A stretch of 64,000 bases of DNA from an uncultured Actinomycetota bacterium (GTDB taxonomy: Bacteria; Actinomycetota; Actinomycetes; JAHEKZ01): NCBI GenBank assembly GCA_963718235.1, contig CAVQYR010000002.1:352001-416000 (forward strand). The letters run 5' to 3'. Of this stretch, positions 11,190 through 20,201 are shown piece by piece. Below the pieces are notes generated by a model that searched no databases, had not been told where the DNA came from, and saw only the letters and a program-made list of their open reading frames with translations. The position numbers were made by a program, and so were the translations under genes. The first letter of the stretch is position 1, and each line of letters opens with the position of its first letter.

Positions 11190-14100
11190 ATGTTCTCCCT
11201 GAGGTGGCGCGACGGCGCCCTGCGGGTCACCGCATGGGTCGCGTCGTCGTCGACGGCCGCACTGGCCGTCACGGGGCTGCTCGTCCTGGGGGCTCCCTCG
11301 GCGGGTGCAGCCGGGCTCTGTGCCACCCCCGGCGGCTCGGGGGCAGGCGGCACCCTCACCGGTGTGGTCAACACGTACTACCCCGGCACAGGGGTGGTCG
11401 CCGCTGGAGCGACGAGCATCAACGTGGGATCGGCGTCCGGGGCGGCGAACCCCATTGCGGCCGGTGACCTGTTGCTCGTCATCCAGATGCAGGCCGCCGA
11501 CTTCGACTCGACCAACACCAACGCGTACGGACACGGTCCTCCCGCGGTGGCGCCGGCGTCCGGCTACACCGGCCTCAACCAGGCCGGACGTTACGAGTAC
11601 GTGCGCGCGACATCCGGTGTCGTCGCGGGGTCGGTCGGTGTGAGTGGGCTCGGCCCCGGCGCCGGACTGGTCAACGACTACGTCTCCGCAGCCGCGACCG
11701 GCGTCAGCGGCCAGCGCACGTTCCAGGTCGTCCGGGTCCCGCAGTACACGACCGCGACGACCAGCTCGACGCTCACCGCCTCGCCGTGGAACGGGTCCGT
11801 CGGGGGAGTCCTGGCCGTCGACACGACCTCAACCCTCACCCTCAACGGGACCGTGAGTGTTGACGGTCTTGGCTTCCGCGGAGGGGCCGGGATCCAGCGC
11901 GGTGGTGCGGCCGGGTTGGCCAACACCGACGTGGTGACCAGTGCCACGCTCGCCGCCAACGGCAACAAGGCCGAAGGCATCGCCGGAACTCCGGTCGGGA
12001 CGAGCGCCGGCAACGGCTACCCGGGCGGAGATGCCGCGCGCGGGGCGCCGGGGAACGCAGGTGGTGGGGGCACCGACGGTCAGCCGTCGGCCAACGACCA
12101 GAACTCAGGTGGTGGCGGCGGGGGCAACGGCGGAGCCGGCGGCCAAGGGGGCAACACCTGGTCGTCCAACCTGCCCCGTGGCGGATACGGCGGGGTGGCC
12201 CTGCCGGCCGGTGCGAGCCGAGCCTTCCTCGGTGGTGGCGGTGGTGCCGGTACCTCGAACAACTTCCCGCCACCAGCGGCCAACGGGGCCGCAGGGGGCG
12301 GCATCGTGATGATCCGCGCCGGGTCGGTGGGCGGTGCGGGCACGATCTCGGCCAACGGCGCGGACGCGTACAACCTCACCGCCAACGACGGCGCAGGTGG
12401 GGGCGGCGCCGGGGGGACGGTCATGCTGACCTCGCCGAGCAGCTCGCTCGCCGGGGCGACGTTGAGGGCGAACGGTGGCCGCGGTGGCAACGCGTGGGCC
12501 ACCCAGGCCGGGGCCGGGAGTGCGCACGGTCCTGGTGGCGGCGGCGGTGGTGGCTGGGTCCTCACCTCGAGCCCGCCCACCTCCGCCAGCGTCACGGGCG
12601 GGGCGAACGGCATCACCACCACCGGCAACCTCCCCTACAACGCCACGCCCGGTGGCGCCGGGCAGACGGCCACGGTGGCCCCGTCGTCGATCCCCGGAGT
12701 CAGTGGTGGCGCTGAGTGCGCCGACCTGTCGGTGACGAAGTCGGGTCCGGGGTCGGTGTCGGCGGGTGGGGCGGTCAGCTATGACCTGACGGTGGCCAAT
12801 GCTGGTCCGTCGGATGCGGTGGCGGTGTCGGTGGTGGACACGTTGCCGGCTGGGGTGTCGTTCGTGTCGGTGTCGGCGGGTGGGGCGTGGTCGTGCTCGA
12901 ACGCGGGGGACGTGTCGGTGACGTGTACTCGGCCGTTGTGGGCGGCGGGGTCACCGCCGGAGACGATCACGGTCGTGGTGACCGCTCCGGCCCAGGCGAG
13001 CACGCTGGTCAACAGCGTGTCCGTGTCGGCGACGACGCCCGACCCCGACCCGACGAACAACACCGCAACAGCTACCACCGACGTGACTCCGCTCGCCGAC
13101 CTCTCGGTCCTGAAGTCGGGTCCGGTCACCGTTCTGGCGGGTGGGACGGTCAGCTATGACCTGACGGTGGCCAATGCTGGTCCGTCGGATGCGGTGGCGG
13201 TGTCGGTGGTGGACACGTTGCCGGCTGGGGTGTCGTTCGTGTCGGTGTCGGCGGGTGGGGCGTGGTCGTGCTCGAACGCGGGGGACGTGTCGGTGACGTG
13301 TACTCGGCCGTTGTGGGCGGCGGGGTCACCGCCGGAGACGATCACGGTGGTGGTCACTGCTCCGGCCCAGGCTGGGTCGTTGACGAACACGGTGTCGGTG
13401 TCCTCGACCACCTCAGACCCCGATCTGACCAACAACACCGACTCGACCACCACCGGGGTGGCTGGTTCGGCTGACTTGTCGGTGACTAAGTCGGGTCCGG
13501 GGTCGGTGTCGGCGGGTGGGACGGTCAGCTATGACCTGACGGTGGCCAATGCTGGTCCGTCGGATGCGGTGGCGGTGTCGGTGGTGGACACGTTGCCGGC
13601 TGGGGTGTCGTTCGTGTCGGTGTCGGCGGGTGGGGCGTGGTCGTGCTCGAACGCGGGGGACGTGTCGGTGACGTGTACTCGGCCGTTGTTCGCCGCGGGT
13701 GCCCCGGCGTCGGTGATCACGGTGGTGGTCACGGCTCCGGCTTCGGCTACGACGTTGACCAACTCGGTGTCGGTGGCGTCCACGACGGCTGACCCGGACT
13801 CGACGAACAACTCTGACTCGGTGGACACCACGGTGACGGCGTCGGCTGACTTGTCGGTGACTAAGTCGGGTCCGGGGTCGGTGTCGGCGGGTGGGACGGT
13901 CAGCTATGACCTGACGGTGGCCAATGCTGGTCCGTCGGATGCGGTGGCGGTGTCGGTGGTGGACACGTTGCCGGCTGGGGTGTCGTTCGTGTCGGTGTCG
14001 GCGGGTGGGGCGTGGTCGTGCTCGAACGCGGGGGACGTGTCGGTGACGTGTACTCGGCCGTTGTTCGCCGCGGGTGCCCCGGCGTCGGTGATCACGGTGG

Positions 14101-16601
14101 TGGTCACGGCTCCGGCTTCGGCTACGACGTTGACCAACTCGGTGTCGGTGGCGTCCACGACGGCTGACCCGGACTCGACGAACAACTCTGACTCGGTGGA
14201 CACCACGGTGACGGCGTCGGCTGACTTGTCGGTGACTAAGTCGGGTCCGGGGTCGGTGTCGGCGGGTGGGACGGTCAGCTATGACCTGACGGTGGCCAAT
14301 GCTGGTCCGTCGGATGCGGTGGCGGTGTCGGTGGTGGACACGTTGCCGGCTGGGGTGTCGTTCGTGTCGGTGTCGGCGGGTGGGGCGTGGTCGTGCTCGA
14401 ACGCGGGGGACGTGTCGGTGACGTGTACTCGGCCGTTGTGGGCGGCGGGGTCACCGCCGGAGACGATCACGGTGGTGGTGACTGCTCCGGCCCAGGCTGG
14501 GTCGTTGACGAACACGGTGTCGGTGTCCTCGACCACCTCAGACCCCGATCTGACCAACAACACCGACTCGACCACCACCGGGGTGGCTGGTTCGGCTGAC
14601 TTGTCGGTGACTAAGTCGGGTCCGGGGTCGGTGTCGGCGGGTGGGGCGGTCAGCTATGACCTGACGGTGGCCAATGCTGGTCCGTCGGATGCGGTGGCGG
14701 TGTCGGTGGTGGACACGTTGCCGGCTGGGGTGTCGTTCGTGTCGGTGTCGGCGGGTGGGGCGTGGTCGTGCTCGAACGCGGGGGACGTGTCGGTGACGTG
14801 TACTCGGCCGTTGTTCGCCGCGGGTGCCCCGGCGTCGGTGATCACGGTGGTGGTCACGGCTCCGGCTTCGGCTACGACGTTGACCAACTCGGTGTCGGTG
14901 GCGTCCACGACGGCTGACCCGGACTCGACGAACAACTCTGACTCGGTGGACACCACGGTGACGGCGTCGGCTGACTTGTCGGTGACTAAGTCGGGTCCGG
15001 GGTCGGTGTCGGCGGGTGGGGCGGTCAGCTATGACCTGACGGTGGCCAATGCTGGTCCGTCGGATGCGGTGGCGGTGTCGGTGGTGGACACGTTGCCGGC
15101 TGGGGTGTCGTTCGTGTCGGTGTCGGCGGGTGGGGCGTGGTCGTGCTCGAACGCGGGGGACGTGTCGGTGACGTGTACTCGGCCGTTGTTCGCCGCGGGT
15201 GCCCCGGCGTCGGTGATCACGGTGGTGGTCACGGCTCCGGCTTCGGCTACGACGTTGACCAACTCGGTGTCGGTGGCGTCCACGACGGCTGACCCGGACT
15301 CGACGAACAACTCTGACTCGGTGGACACCACGGTGACGGCGTCGGCTGACTTGTCGGTGACTAAGTCGGGGCCGGGGTCGGTGTCGGCGGGTGGGACGGT
15401 CAGCTATGACCTGACGGTGGCCAATGCTGGTCCGTCGGATGCGGTGGCGGTGTCGGTGGTGGACACGTTGCCGGCTGGGGTGTCGTTCGTGTCGGTGTCG
15501 GCGGGTGGGGCGTGGTCGTGCTCGAACGCGGGGGACGTGTCGGTGACGTGTACTCGGCCGTTGTGGGCGGCGGGGTCACCGCCGGAGACGATCACGGTGG
15601 TGGTGACTGCTCCGGCCCAGGCTGGGTCGTTGACGAACACGGTGTCGGTGTCCTCGACCACCTCAGACCCCGATCTGACCAACAACACCGACTCGACCAC
15701 CACCGGGGTCGGGGACTCCGCCGACCTGACCATCACCAAGACCGGCCCGGCCACGGTCAGGGCCGGTGGCAGCATCGAGTACGGGCTGCAGGTGCGGAAC
15801 CTCGGTCCGTCGGCCGCTGACTCGGTCGTGGTGACCGACACCCTTCCCGGCGGCGTGGTCTTCGGGTCCGCCTCGGGCATGGGCTGGTCGTGTGGCCACA
15901 GCGGGAATGTGTCAGTCACCTGCACCCGCCTGGCCCTGGGGCCTGGGGTGCAGGCCCCGGAGATCTCCGTGGTGGTGTCCGCACCCGGTCGGGCGAGCAC
16001 CCTTCGGAACGTGGCGTCGGTGGGGTCGGCCACCCCGGACCCTGACCCGACGAACGACACGGACTCGGCTCGGACCCGGGTCTCCGCGGCCGCAGACCTC
16101 TCCCTGGTCAAGGTCGGCCCCGCCCGCACCTCGGTCGGTGCGACCATCGCCTACCGACTGGTCGTCACCAACGCCGGCCCCGACCCGGCGGTCGGGGTCA
16201 GGGTCACCGACCGGCTGCCGTCCGGTGCGACGTTCAGATCCGCGGCCGGGCCAGGGTGGTCGTGCAGCGCCACCGCGGCGCACCGGGTCGTATGCGACCG
16301 GGCGCGGTTGGCCGACGGCGCGAGCGCCCCCGCGATCACCGTCTCGGTCACGGCGCCCGCGTCACCGGTCGACCTGGTCAACACCGCTGGGGTGACGGCG
16401 GACACCTACGACCCCGTCGATGACAACAACGCTGCCTCTGCAGCCACCTCGGTGCTGGCGCACTTCGGAGGTTCGGGGGGCGAGCTCCCGCGCACGGGGG
16501 GCGGGGATCTGCGCCTGCTGACCCTGCTGGGGGTCGTTCTCCTCGCGTGTGGCACCGCCTTGTCCAGTGCCTTGCCCTCCCGGTCGCGGCGGGCCGGTTG
16601 A
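11190..16601 (+). CDS. large sortase-anchored surface protein: Gly-rich N-terminal head, ten DUF11 (Ig-like) repeats, LPxTG anchor
   Basis: Signal-peptide-like N-terminus; ADLSVTK...VVDTLP...DPDxTNN repeats; LPRTGG followed by hydrophobic helix and RSRR tail. Confidence 0.92.
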   Translation: MFSLRWRDGALRVTAWVASSSTAALAVTGLLVLGAPSAGAAGLCATPGGSGAGGTLTGVVNTYYPGTGVVAAGATSINVGSASGAANPIAAGDLLLVIQMQAADFDSTNTNAYGHGPPAVAPASGYTGLNQAGRYEYVRATSGVVAGSVGVSGLGPGAGLVNDYVSAAATGVSGQRTFQVVRVPQYTTATTSSTLTASPWNGSVGGVLAVDTTSTLTLNGTVSVDGLGFRGGAGIQRGGAAGLANTDVVTSATLAANGNKAEGIAGTPVGTSAGNGYPGGDAARGAPGNAGGGGTDGQPSANDQNSGGGGGGNGGAGGQGGNTWSSNLPRGGYGGVALPAGASRAFLGGGGGAGTSNNFPPPAANGAAGGGIVMIRAGSVGGAGTISANGADAYNLTANDGAGGGGAGGTVMLTSPSSSLAGATLRANGGRGGNAWATQAGAGSAHGPGGGGGGGWVLTSSPPTSASVTGGANGITTTGNLPYNATPGGAGQTATVAPSSIPGVSGGAECADLSVTKSGPGSVSAGGAVSYDLTVANAGPSDAVAVSVVDTLPAGVSFVSVSAGGAWSCSNAGDVSVTCTRPLWAAGSPPETITVVVTAPAQASTLVNSVSVSATTPDPDPTNNTATATTDVTPLADLSVLKSGPVTVLAGGTVSYDLTVANAGPSDAVAVSVVDTLPAGVSFVSVSAGGAWSCSNAGDVSVTCTRPLWAAGSPPETITVVVTAPAQAGSLTNTVSVSSTTSDPDLTNNTDSTTTGVAGSADLSVTKSGPGSVSAGGTVSYDLTVANAGPSDAVAVSVVDTLPAGVSFVSVSAGGAWSCSNAGDVSVTCTRPLFAAGAPASVITVVVTAPASATTLTNSVSVASTTADPDSTNNSDSVDTTVTASADLSVTKSGPGSVSAGGTVSYDLTVANAGPSDAVAVSVVDTLPAGVSFVSVSAGGAWSCSNAGDVSVTCTRPLFAAGAPASVITVVVTAPASATTLTNSVSVASTTADPDSTNNSDSVDTTVTASADLSVTKSGPGSVSAGGTVSYDLTVANAGPSDAVAVSVVDTLPAGVSFVSVSAGGAWSCSNAGDVSVTCTRPLWAAGSPPETITVVVTAPAQAGSLTNTVSVSSTTSDPDLTNNTDSTTTGVAGSADLSVTKSGPGSVSAGGAVSYDLTVANAGPSDAVAVSVVDTLPAGVSFVSVSAGGAWSCSNAGDVSVTCTRPLFAAGAPASVITVVVTAPASATTLTNSVSVASTTADPDSTNNSDSVDTTVTASADLSVTKSGPGSVSAGGAVSYDLTVANAGPSDAVAVSVVDTLPAGVSFVSVSAGGAWSCSNAGDVSVTCTRPLFAAGAPASVITVVVTAPASATTLTNSVSVASTTADPDSTNNSDSVDTTVTASADLSVTKSGPGSVSAGGTVSYDLTVANAGPSDAVAVSVVDTLPAGVSFVSVSAGGAWSCSNAGDVSVTCTRPLWAAGSPPETITVVVTAPAQAGSLTNTVSVSSTTSDPDLTNNTDSTTTGVGDSADLTITKTGPATVRAGGSIEYGLQVRNLGPSAADSVVVTDTLPGGVVFGSASGMGWSCGHSGNVSVTCTRLALGPGVQAPEISVVVSAPGRASTLRNVASVGSATPDPDPTNDTDSARTRVSAAADLSLVKVGPARTSVGATIAYRLVVTNAGPDPAVGVRVTDRLPSGATFRSAAGPGWSCSATAAHRVVCDRARLADGASAPAITVSVTAPASPVDLVNTAGVTADTYDPVDDNNAASAATSVLAHFGGSGGELPRTGGGDLRLLTLLGVVLLACGTALSSALPSRSRRAG
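12720..15720 (+). repeat. tandem array of eight 375-bp near-identical DUF11 units (variant order A',A,B,B,A,B,B,A)
   Basis: Unit starts about 12720, 13095, 13470, 13845, 14220, 14595, 14970, 15345; A = LWAAGSPPET, B = LFAAGAPASV; two diverged units follow (15720-16455). Confidence 0.95.
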
Positions 16602-16611
16602 CCGACCGGCA

Positions 16612-16654
16612 CTAGGCCGAACGGGCTACAGGTCGCCCGCGCTCCCGCCGATCC
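16612..16654 (+). promoter_or_regulatory. 20-bp conserved motif plus sigma28-like promoter upstream of MCP3
   Basis: CTAGGCCGAACGGGCTACAG (16612-16631); TACA-N16-GCCGATCC. Confidence 0.7.
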
Positions 16655-16709
16655 TCCGGGGAGGCCTCGGCGTGCGTCGAGGTTCCACGGCAAGGAGTGG
16701 AGCGGGATC

Positions 16710-18359
16710 GTGAGCGTGACTGACATCGAGGCGAGCTCGCCGGTCGACGTTGCGCTGTGCTTCACCCGTCGCAACGCGGTCGAGACCGTCTCCCTGCACT
16801 GGGGCCTGGTCGCGCTCGCCGGATCGCTGGGTGTGCTCTGGTCCTGGGCGGCCGAGAGCGCGCTGCCCCTGATGGTCGTCGGCGGCCTTGCGGTCCAGCT
16901 GCTCACAGCCATCGCGGTCACGTGGCTCGCGGTCGACGCGGTCCGGTCGACCGCCACCTTCGACAGTACCGACCGGTGGGACGGTCCGACCGCGGTCGTG
17001 CCGGCCGTGGCGATCGTCATCGAGACCGTGGGCACCGGCGGAGCGACCAGCCCGCTCTGGCTGGCCCTCGTGGTCTCCGTCGTCTACCTGGGGACTGCGC
17101 TGGTCTACGAGCTGCGGTACTTCGTCGCAGCCGGACTGGTCGCCGCTCCCTGGCTGTCGACGATCGCCGTCGGTGAACCCACCCGGATGAGCTGGGTCTT
17201 CGCCGCAGGTCTCAGCGTGAGCCTGCCGGCGGTCTACCTCGTGGTCCGGGGTGCGTCTCGGGCCCTGTACGACGAGGCGGAGCGGATCGGGCTGAGTCAG
17301 GCCGAGCTCGACCGGCAGGTCCGCGAGCTGTCCGGAGCACTCGGACGGGCCGCCAAGGGCGACCTGGTCACCGATGTCGCTCGGGTGGCGGGAATGCATG
17401 CTGAGGGACTCGGGACCAGTGCGCTCGCCCAGCTGTCCGACGCCTTCAACGAGACGCTCGGTGCCCTGCGTGACCTGGTGGGTCAGATCCGTTCGGGTGG
17501 CGACCAGCTCGGCGCGTCGGCTACCCAGCTCGTCTCGACGGCTCAGGAGCAGGCGGTGTCTGCGGCGGAGCAGTCGTCTGCGGTGGCGCAGACGACGGCG
17601 ACGATTGAGGAGTTGGCGGCGACGGCGGCTCAGATTGCTGAGACGTCGGAGTCGGTGGCGCGGTTCGCGTCGGAGACGTTGGGGTTTGCTGAGCAGGGTC
17701 GTTCGGCGGTGGCTGCGTCGGTGGCGGCGATGGACAGTATTGCGTCGCGGGTGGATTCGATTGCTTCTCGGGCTTTGGGGTTGGGGGAGAAGGGTCAGGA
17801 GATCGGTCGGATTCTGCAGGTGATTGATGAGTTGGCTGATCAGACGAACTTGTTGGCGTTGAATGCTGCGATCGAGGCGGCTCGTGCGGGTGAGCATGGG
17901 CGTGGGTTCGCGGTGGTGGCTTCTGAGGTTCGTAAGTTGGCGGAGCGTTCTCAGGAGTCCGCGGGTCAGATCCAGGCGATTGTGACTCAGATTCAGGCTG
18001 AGACGAATGCGACGATCTTGGCGTCTGAGGCTGGGGCCCGTGAGGTGCATCAGGGGGCGGGGTTGGCCCAAGACGTGGTGGTGGCGTTGGAGCGGATCTC
18101 CGGGATGGTGGATGAGACGACCACTGCGGCCAAGGAGATCAGTATTGCCACTCAGCAGCAGCGCAGTGCTTCTGACCAGGTGGTCTCGGCGATGACCCAG
18201 GTCTCTGATGTGTCTCGGCAGTACGCGGTGGGTTCCAAGCAGGCCGCGGCCGCGGCCGGTCAGCTGAACTCCCTGGCGATCCACCTGAGCGCTGCGATCG
18301 CCCAGTTCAAGACCGACCGCAACGGGGGTTCGCACACCCCCGCGGACCTCGATCGCTAG
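16710..18359 (+). CDS. methyl-accepting chemotaxis protein 3
   Basis: MCP hairpin tip motif; GGAG RBS before GTG. Confidence 0.95.
   Translation: MSVTDIEASSPVDVALCFTRRNAVETVSLHWGLVALAGSLGVLWSWAAESALPLMVVGGLAVQLLTAIAVTWLAVDAVRSTATFDSTDRWDGPTAVVPAVAIVIETVGTGGATSPLWLALVVSVVYLGTALVYELRYFVAAGLVAAPWLSTIAVGEPTRMSWVFAAGLSVSLPAVYLVVRGASRALYDEAERIGLSQAELDRQVRELSGALGRAAKGDLVTDVARVAGMHAEGLGTSALAQLSDAFNETLGALRDLVGQIRSGGDQLGASATQLVSTAQEQAVSAAEQSSAVAQTTATIEELAATAAQIAETSESVARFASETLGFAEQGRSAVAASVAAMDSIASRVDSIASRALGLGEKGQEIGRILQVIDELADQTNLLALNAAIEAARAGEHGRGFAVVASEVRKLAERSQESAGQIQAIVTQIQAETNATILASEAGAREVHQGAGLAQDVVVALERISGMVDETTTAAKEISIATQQQRSASDQVVSAMTQVSDVSRQYAVGSKQAAAAAGQLNSLAIHLSAAIAQFKTDRNGGSHTPADLDR
17539..18267 (+). 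repeat. MCP signalling-domain repeat, copy 3 (shorter tract)
   Basis: Matches 8615-9343 (offset 8924); flanking homologous sequence is diverged and C-rich. Confidence 0.93.
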
Positions 18360-18398
18360 GCCGATCGGGCTACAGCAGTGCGCCCGGGCTTCCGATGA
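18356..18398 (+). promoter_or_regulatory. 20-bp conserved motif plus sigma28-like promoter upstream of MCP4
   Basis: CTAGGCCGATCGGGCTACAG (18356-18375); TACA-N16-TCCGATGA. Confidence 0.7.
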
Positions 18399-18452
18399 CG
18401 TCGAGAAGGCGTCGTTCGACGTCTGCGGTCTCCGGCCGAGGAGGGATGAGCG

Positions 18453-20201
18453 GTGCCCAGCCACGAGCAGACCACCGCTGCCCCCGACGCGGCCCCACAG
18501 CTGACTGCTGCCGAGCTGCTCGAGGCCATCGACCGGAGCAAGACGGGCGGCGCCTCACTTCCCTTCACCCAGCGCAACCTGGTCGAGACGACGGTGCTGC
18601 ACTGGGGACTCACCGCCTTCGCGGGCGCGATCGTCGTGCTCTGGTCGCAAGCGATGCGAACGACCGTGGACCCCCTGCTGTGGGTGACCCTGGGACTGCA
18701 GGTCCTGATCGCCGTCGTGGCGACTGGCCTCGCCGTGCACGCTCGTCGGGCCCGGCTGACGTATGAGTCGACCGACGCGTGGGACGGGCTCACCGGGGCA
18801 CTCCAGGTCGCAGCCGCTGCCGCCGGAACGATCTGGACCGGCGGCGTGACCAGCCCGCTGTGGATCGCCGTCATCGTGGGCTCGGGCTACCTCGCCACCG
18901 TGCTCGTCTACGCCAGCGGCTGGGTCATGGTCGGACTGCTGGCGGTCGCCGCTCCCCTGAGCGGCTACCTGTCCGGCACCCTCGACCCCGACGTCGTGCC
19001 CGCCGCCGTACCGGTGACCTTCGCGCTGACCCTCGGCATGCCCGCCCTGTACGTGGTCGTGCGTGGGACGTCGCGGGCGCTCTACGACGCGGCGGAGGGG
19101 GTCGGCTGGGACCAGGCGCTCCTGACCGCCCAGGTGCGGGAGATGGCGCTCGCCCTCGACCGGGCCTCGGCAGGCGACCTCTCGGTGCGGACCACCCTCG
19201 TCGCCTCCGACCTGCAGTCGAGAGGCGATGAGACCACCGGCCATGTCGTGGCCCTGGCATCGACGTTCGACCACACGCTCGAGTCCCTTCGACGCCTGGT
19301 GGGTCAGGTTCGGTCGGGTGGGGAGCAGATGGGGGCTGCGGCGGGTCAGGTGTTGGTGGCGGCTCAGGAGCAGGCGGTGTCGGCGGCGGAGCAGTCGTCT
19401 GCGGTGGCGCAGACGACGGCGACGATTGAGGAGTTGGCGGCGACGGCGGCTCAGATTGCTGAGACGTCGGAGTCGGTGGCGCGGTTCGCGTCGGAGACGT
19501 TGGGGTTTGCTGAGCAGGGTCGTTCGGCGGTGGCTGCGTCGGTGGCGGCGATGGACAGTATTGCGTCGCGGGTGGATTCGATTGCTTCTCGGGCTTTGGG
19601 GTTGGGGGAGAAGGGTCAGGAGATCGGTCGGATTCTGCAGGTGATTGATGAGTTGGCTGATCAGACGAACTTGTTGGCGTTGAATGCTGCGATCGAGGCG
19701 GCTCGTGCGGGTGAGCATGGGCGTGGGTTCGCGGTGGTGGCTTCTGAGGTTCGTAAGTTGGCGGAGCGTTCTCAGGAGTCCGCGGGTCAGATCCAGGCGA
19801 TTGTGACTCAGATTCAGGCTGAGACGAATGCGACGATCTTGGCGTCTGAGGCTGGGGCCCGTGAGGTGCATCAGGGGGCGGGGTTGGCCCAAGACGTGGT
19901 GGTGGCGTTGGAGCGGATCTCCGGGATGGTGGATGAGACGACCACTGCGGCCAAGGAGATCAGTATTGCCACTCAGCAGCAGCGCAGTGCTTCTGACCAG
20001 GTGGTCTCGGCGATGACCCAGGTCTCTGATGTGTCTCGGCAGTACGCGGTGGGTTCCAAGCAGGCCGCGGCCGCGGCCGGTCAGCTGACCACGTTGGCCG
20101 CGGAGCTGCGGGCCTCGATCGCCCAGTTCAAGACCAACGACACAGCGGACCGATCACCTGACCGCAAGGTCGCGTCGAGCGGACTGGAGGCGCGCGCATG
20201 A
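18453..20201 (+). CDS. methyl-accepting chemotaxis protein 4
   Basis: MCP hairpin tip motif; ATGA overlap with cheA. Confidence 0.95.
   Translation: MPSHEQTTAAPDAAPQLTAAELLEAIDRSKTGGASLPFTQRNLVETTVLHWGLTAFAGAIVVLWSQAMRTTVDPLLWVTLGLQVLIAVVATGLAVHARRARLTYESTDAWDGLTGALQVAAAAAGTIWTGGVTSPLWIAVIVGSGYLATVLVYASGWVMVGLLAVAAPLSGYLSGTLDPDVVPAAVPVTFALTLGMPALYVVVRGTSRALYDAAEGVGWDQALLTAQVREMALALDRASAGDLSVRTTLVASDLQSRGDETTGHVVALASTFDHTLESLRRLVGQVRSGGEQMGAAAGQVLVAAQEQAVSAAEQSSAVAQTTATIEELAATAAQIAETSESVARFASETLGFAEQGRSAVAASVAAMDSIASRVDSIASRALGLGEKGQEIGRILQVIDELADQTNLLALNAAIEAARAGEHGRGFAVVASEVRKLAERSQESAGQIQAIVTQIQAETNATILASEAGAREVHQGAGLAQDVVVALERISGMVDETTTAAKEISIATQQQRSASDQVVSAMTQVSDVSRQYAVGSKQAAAAAGQLTTLAAELRASIAQFKTNDTADRSPDRKVASSGLEARA
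19297..20140 (+). repeat. MCP signalling-domain repeat, copy 4
   Basis: Matches 8552-9395 (offset 10745). Confidence 0.95.

Noticed and set aside
12720-15720. CRISPR array or diversity-generating retroelement as explanation for the repeats
   Set aside because: Units are 375-bp in-frame coding repeats without spacers; no cas or reverse transcriptase gene; MCP differences are synonymous and not adenine-specific.
7408-19892. Long antisense and alternate-frame ORFs over the MCP genes (7408-9759, 9383-11374, 16626-18464, 18555-19892 and Arg/Trp-rich repeats)
   Set aside because: Shadow frames of the repeated MCP DNA; Arg/His-rich low-complexity translations with no domain.
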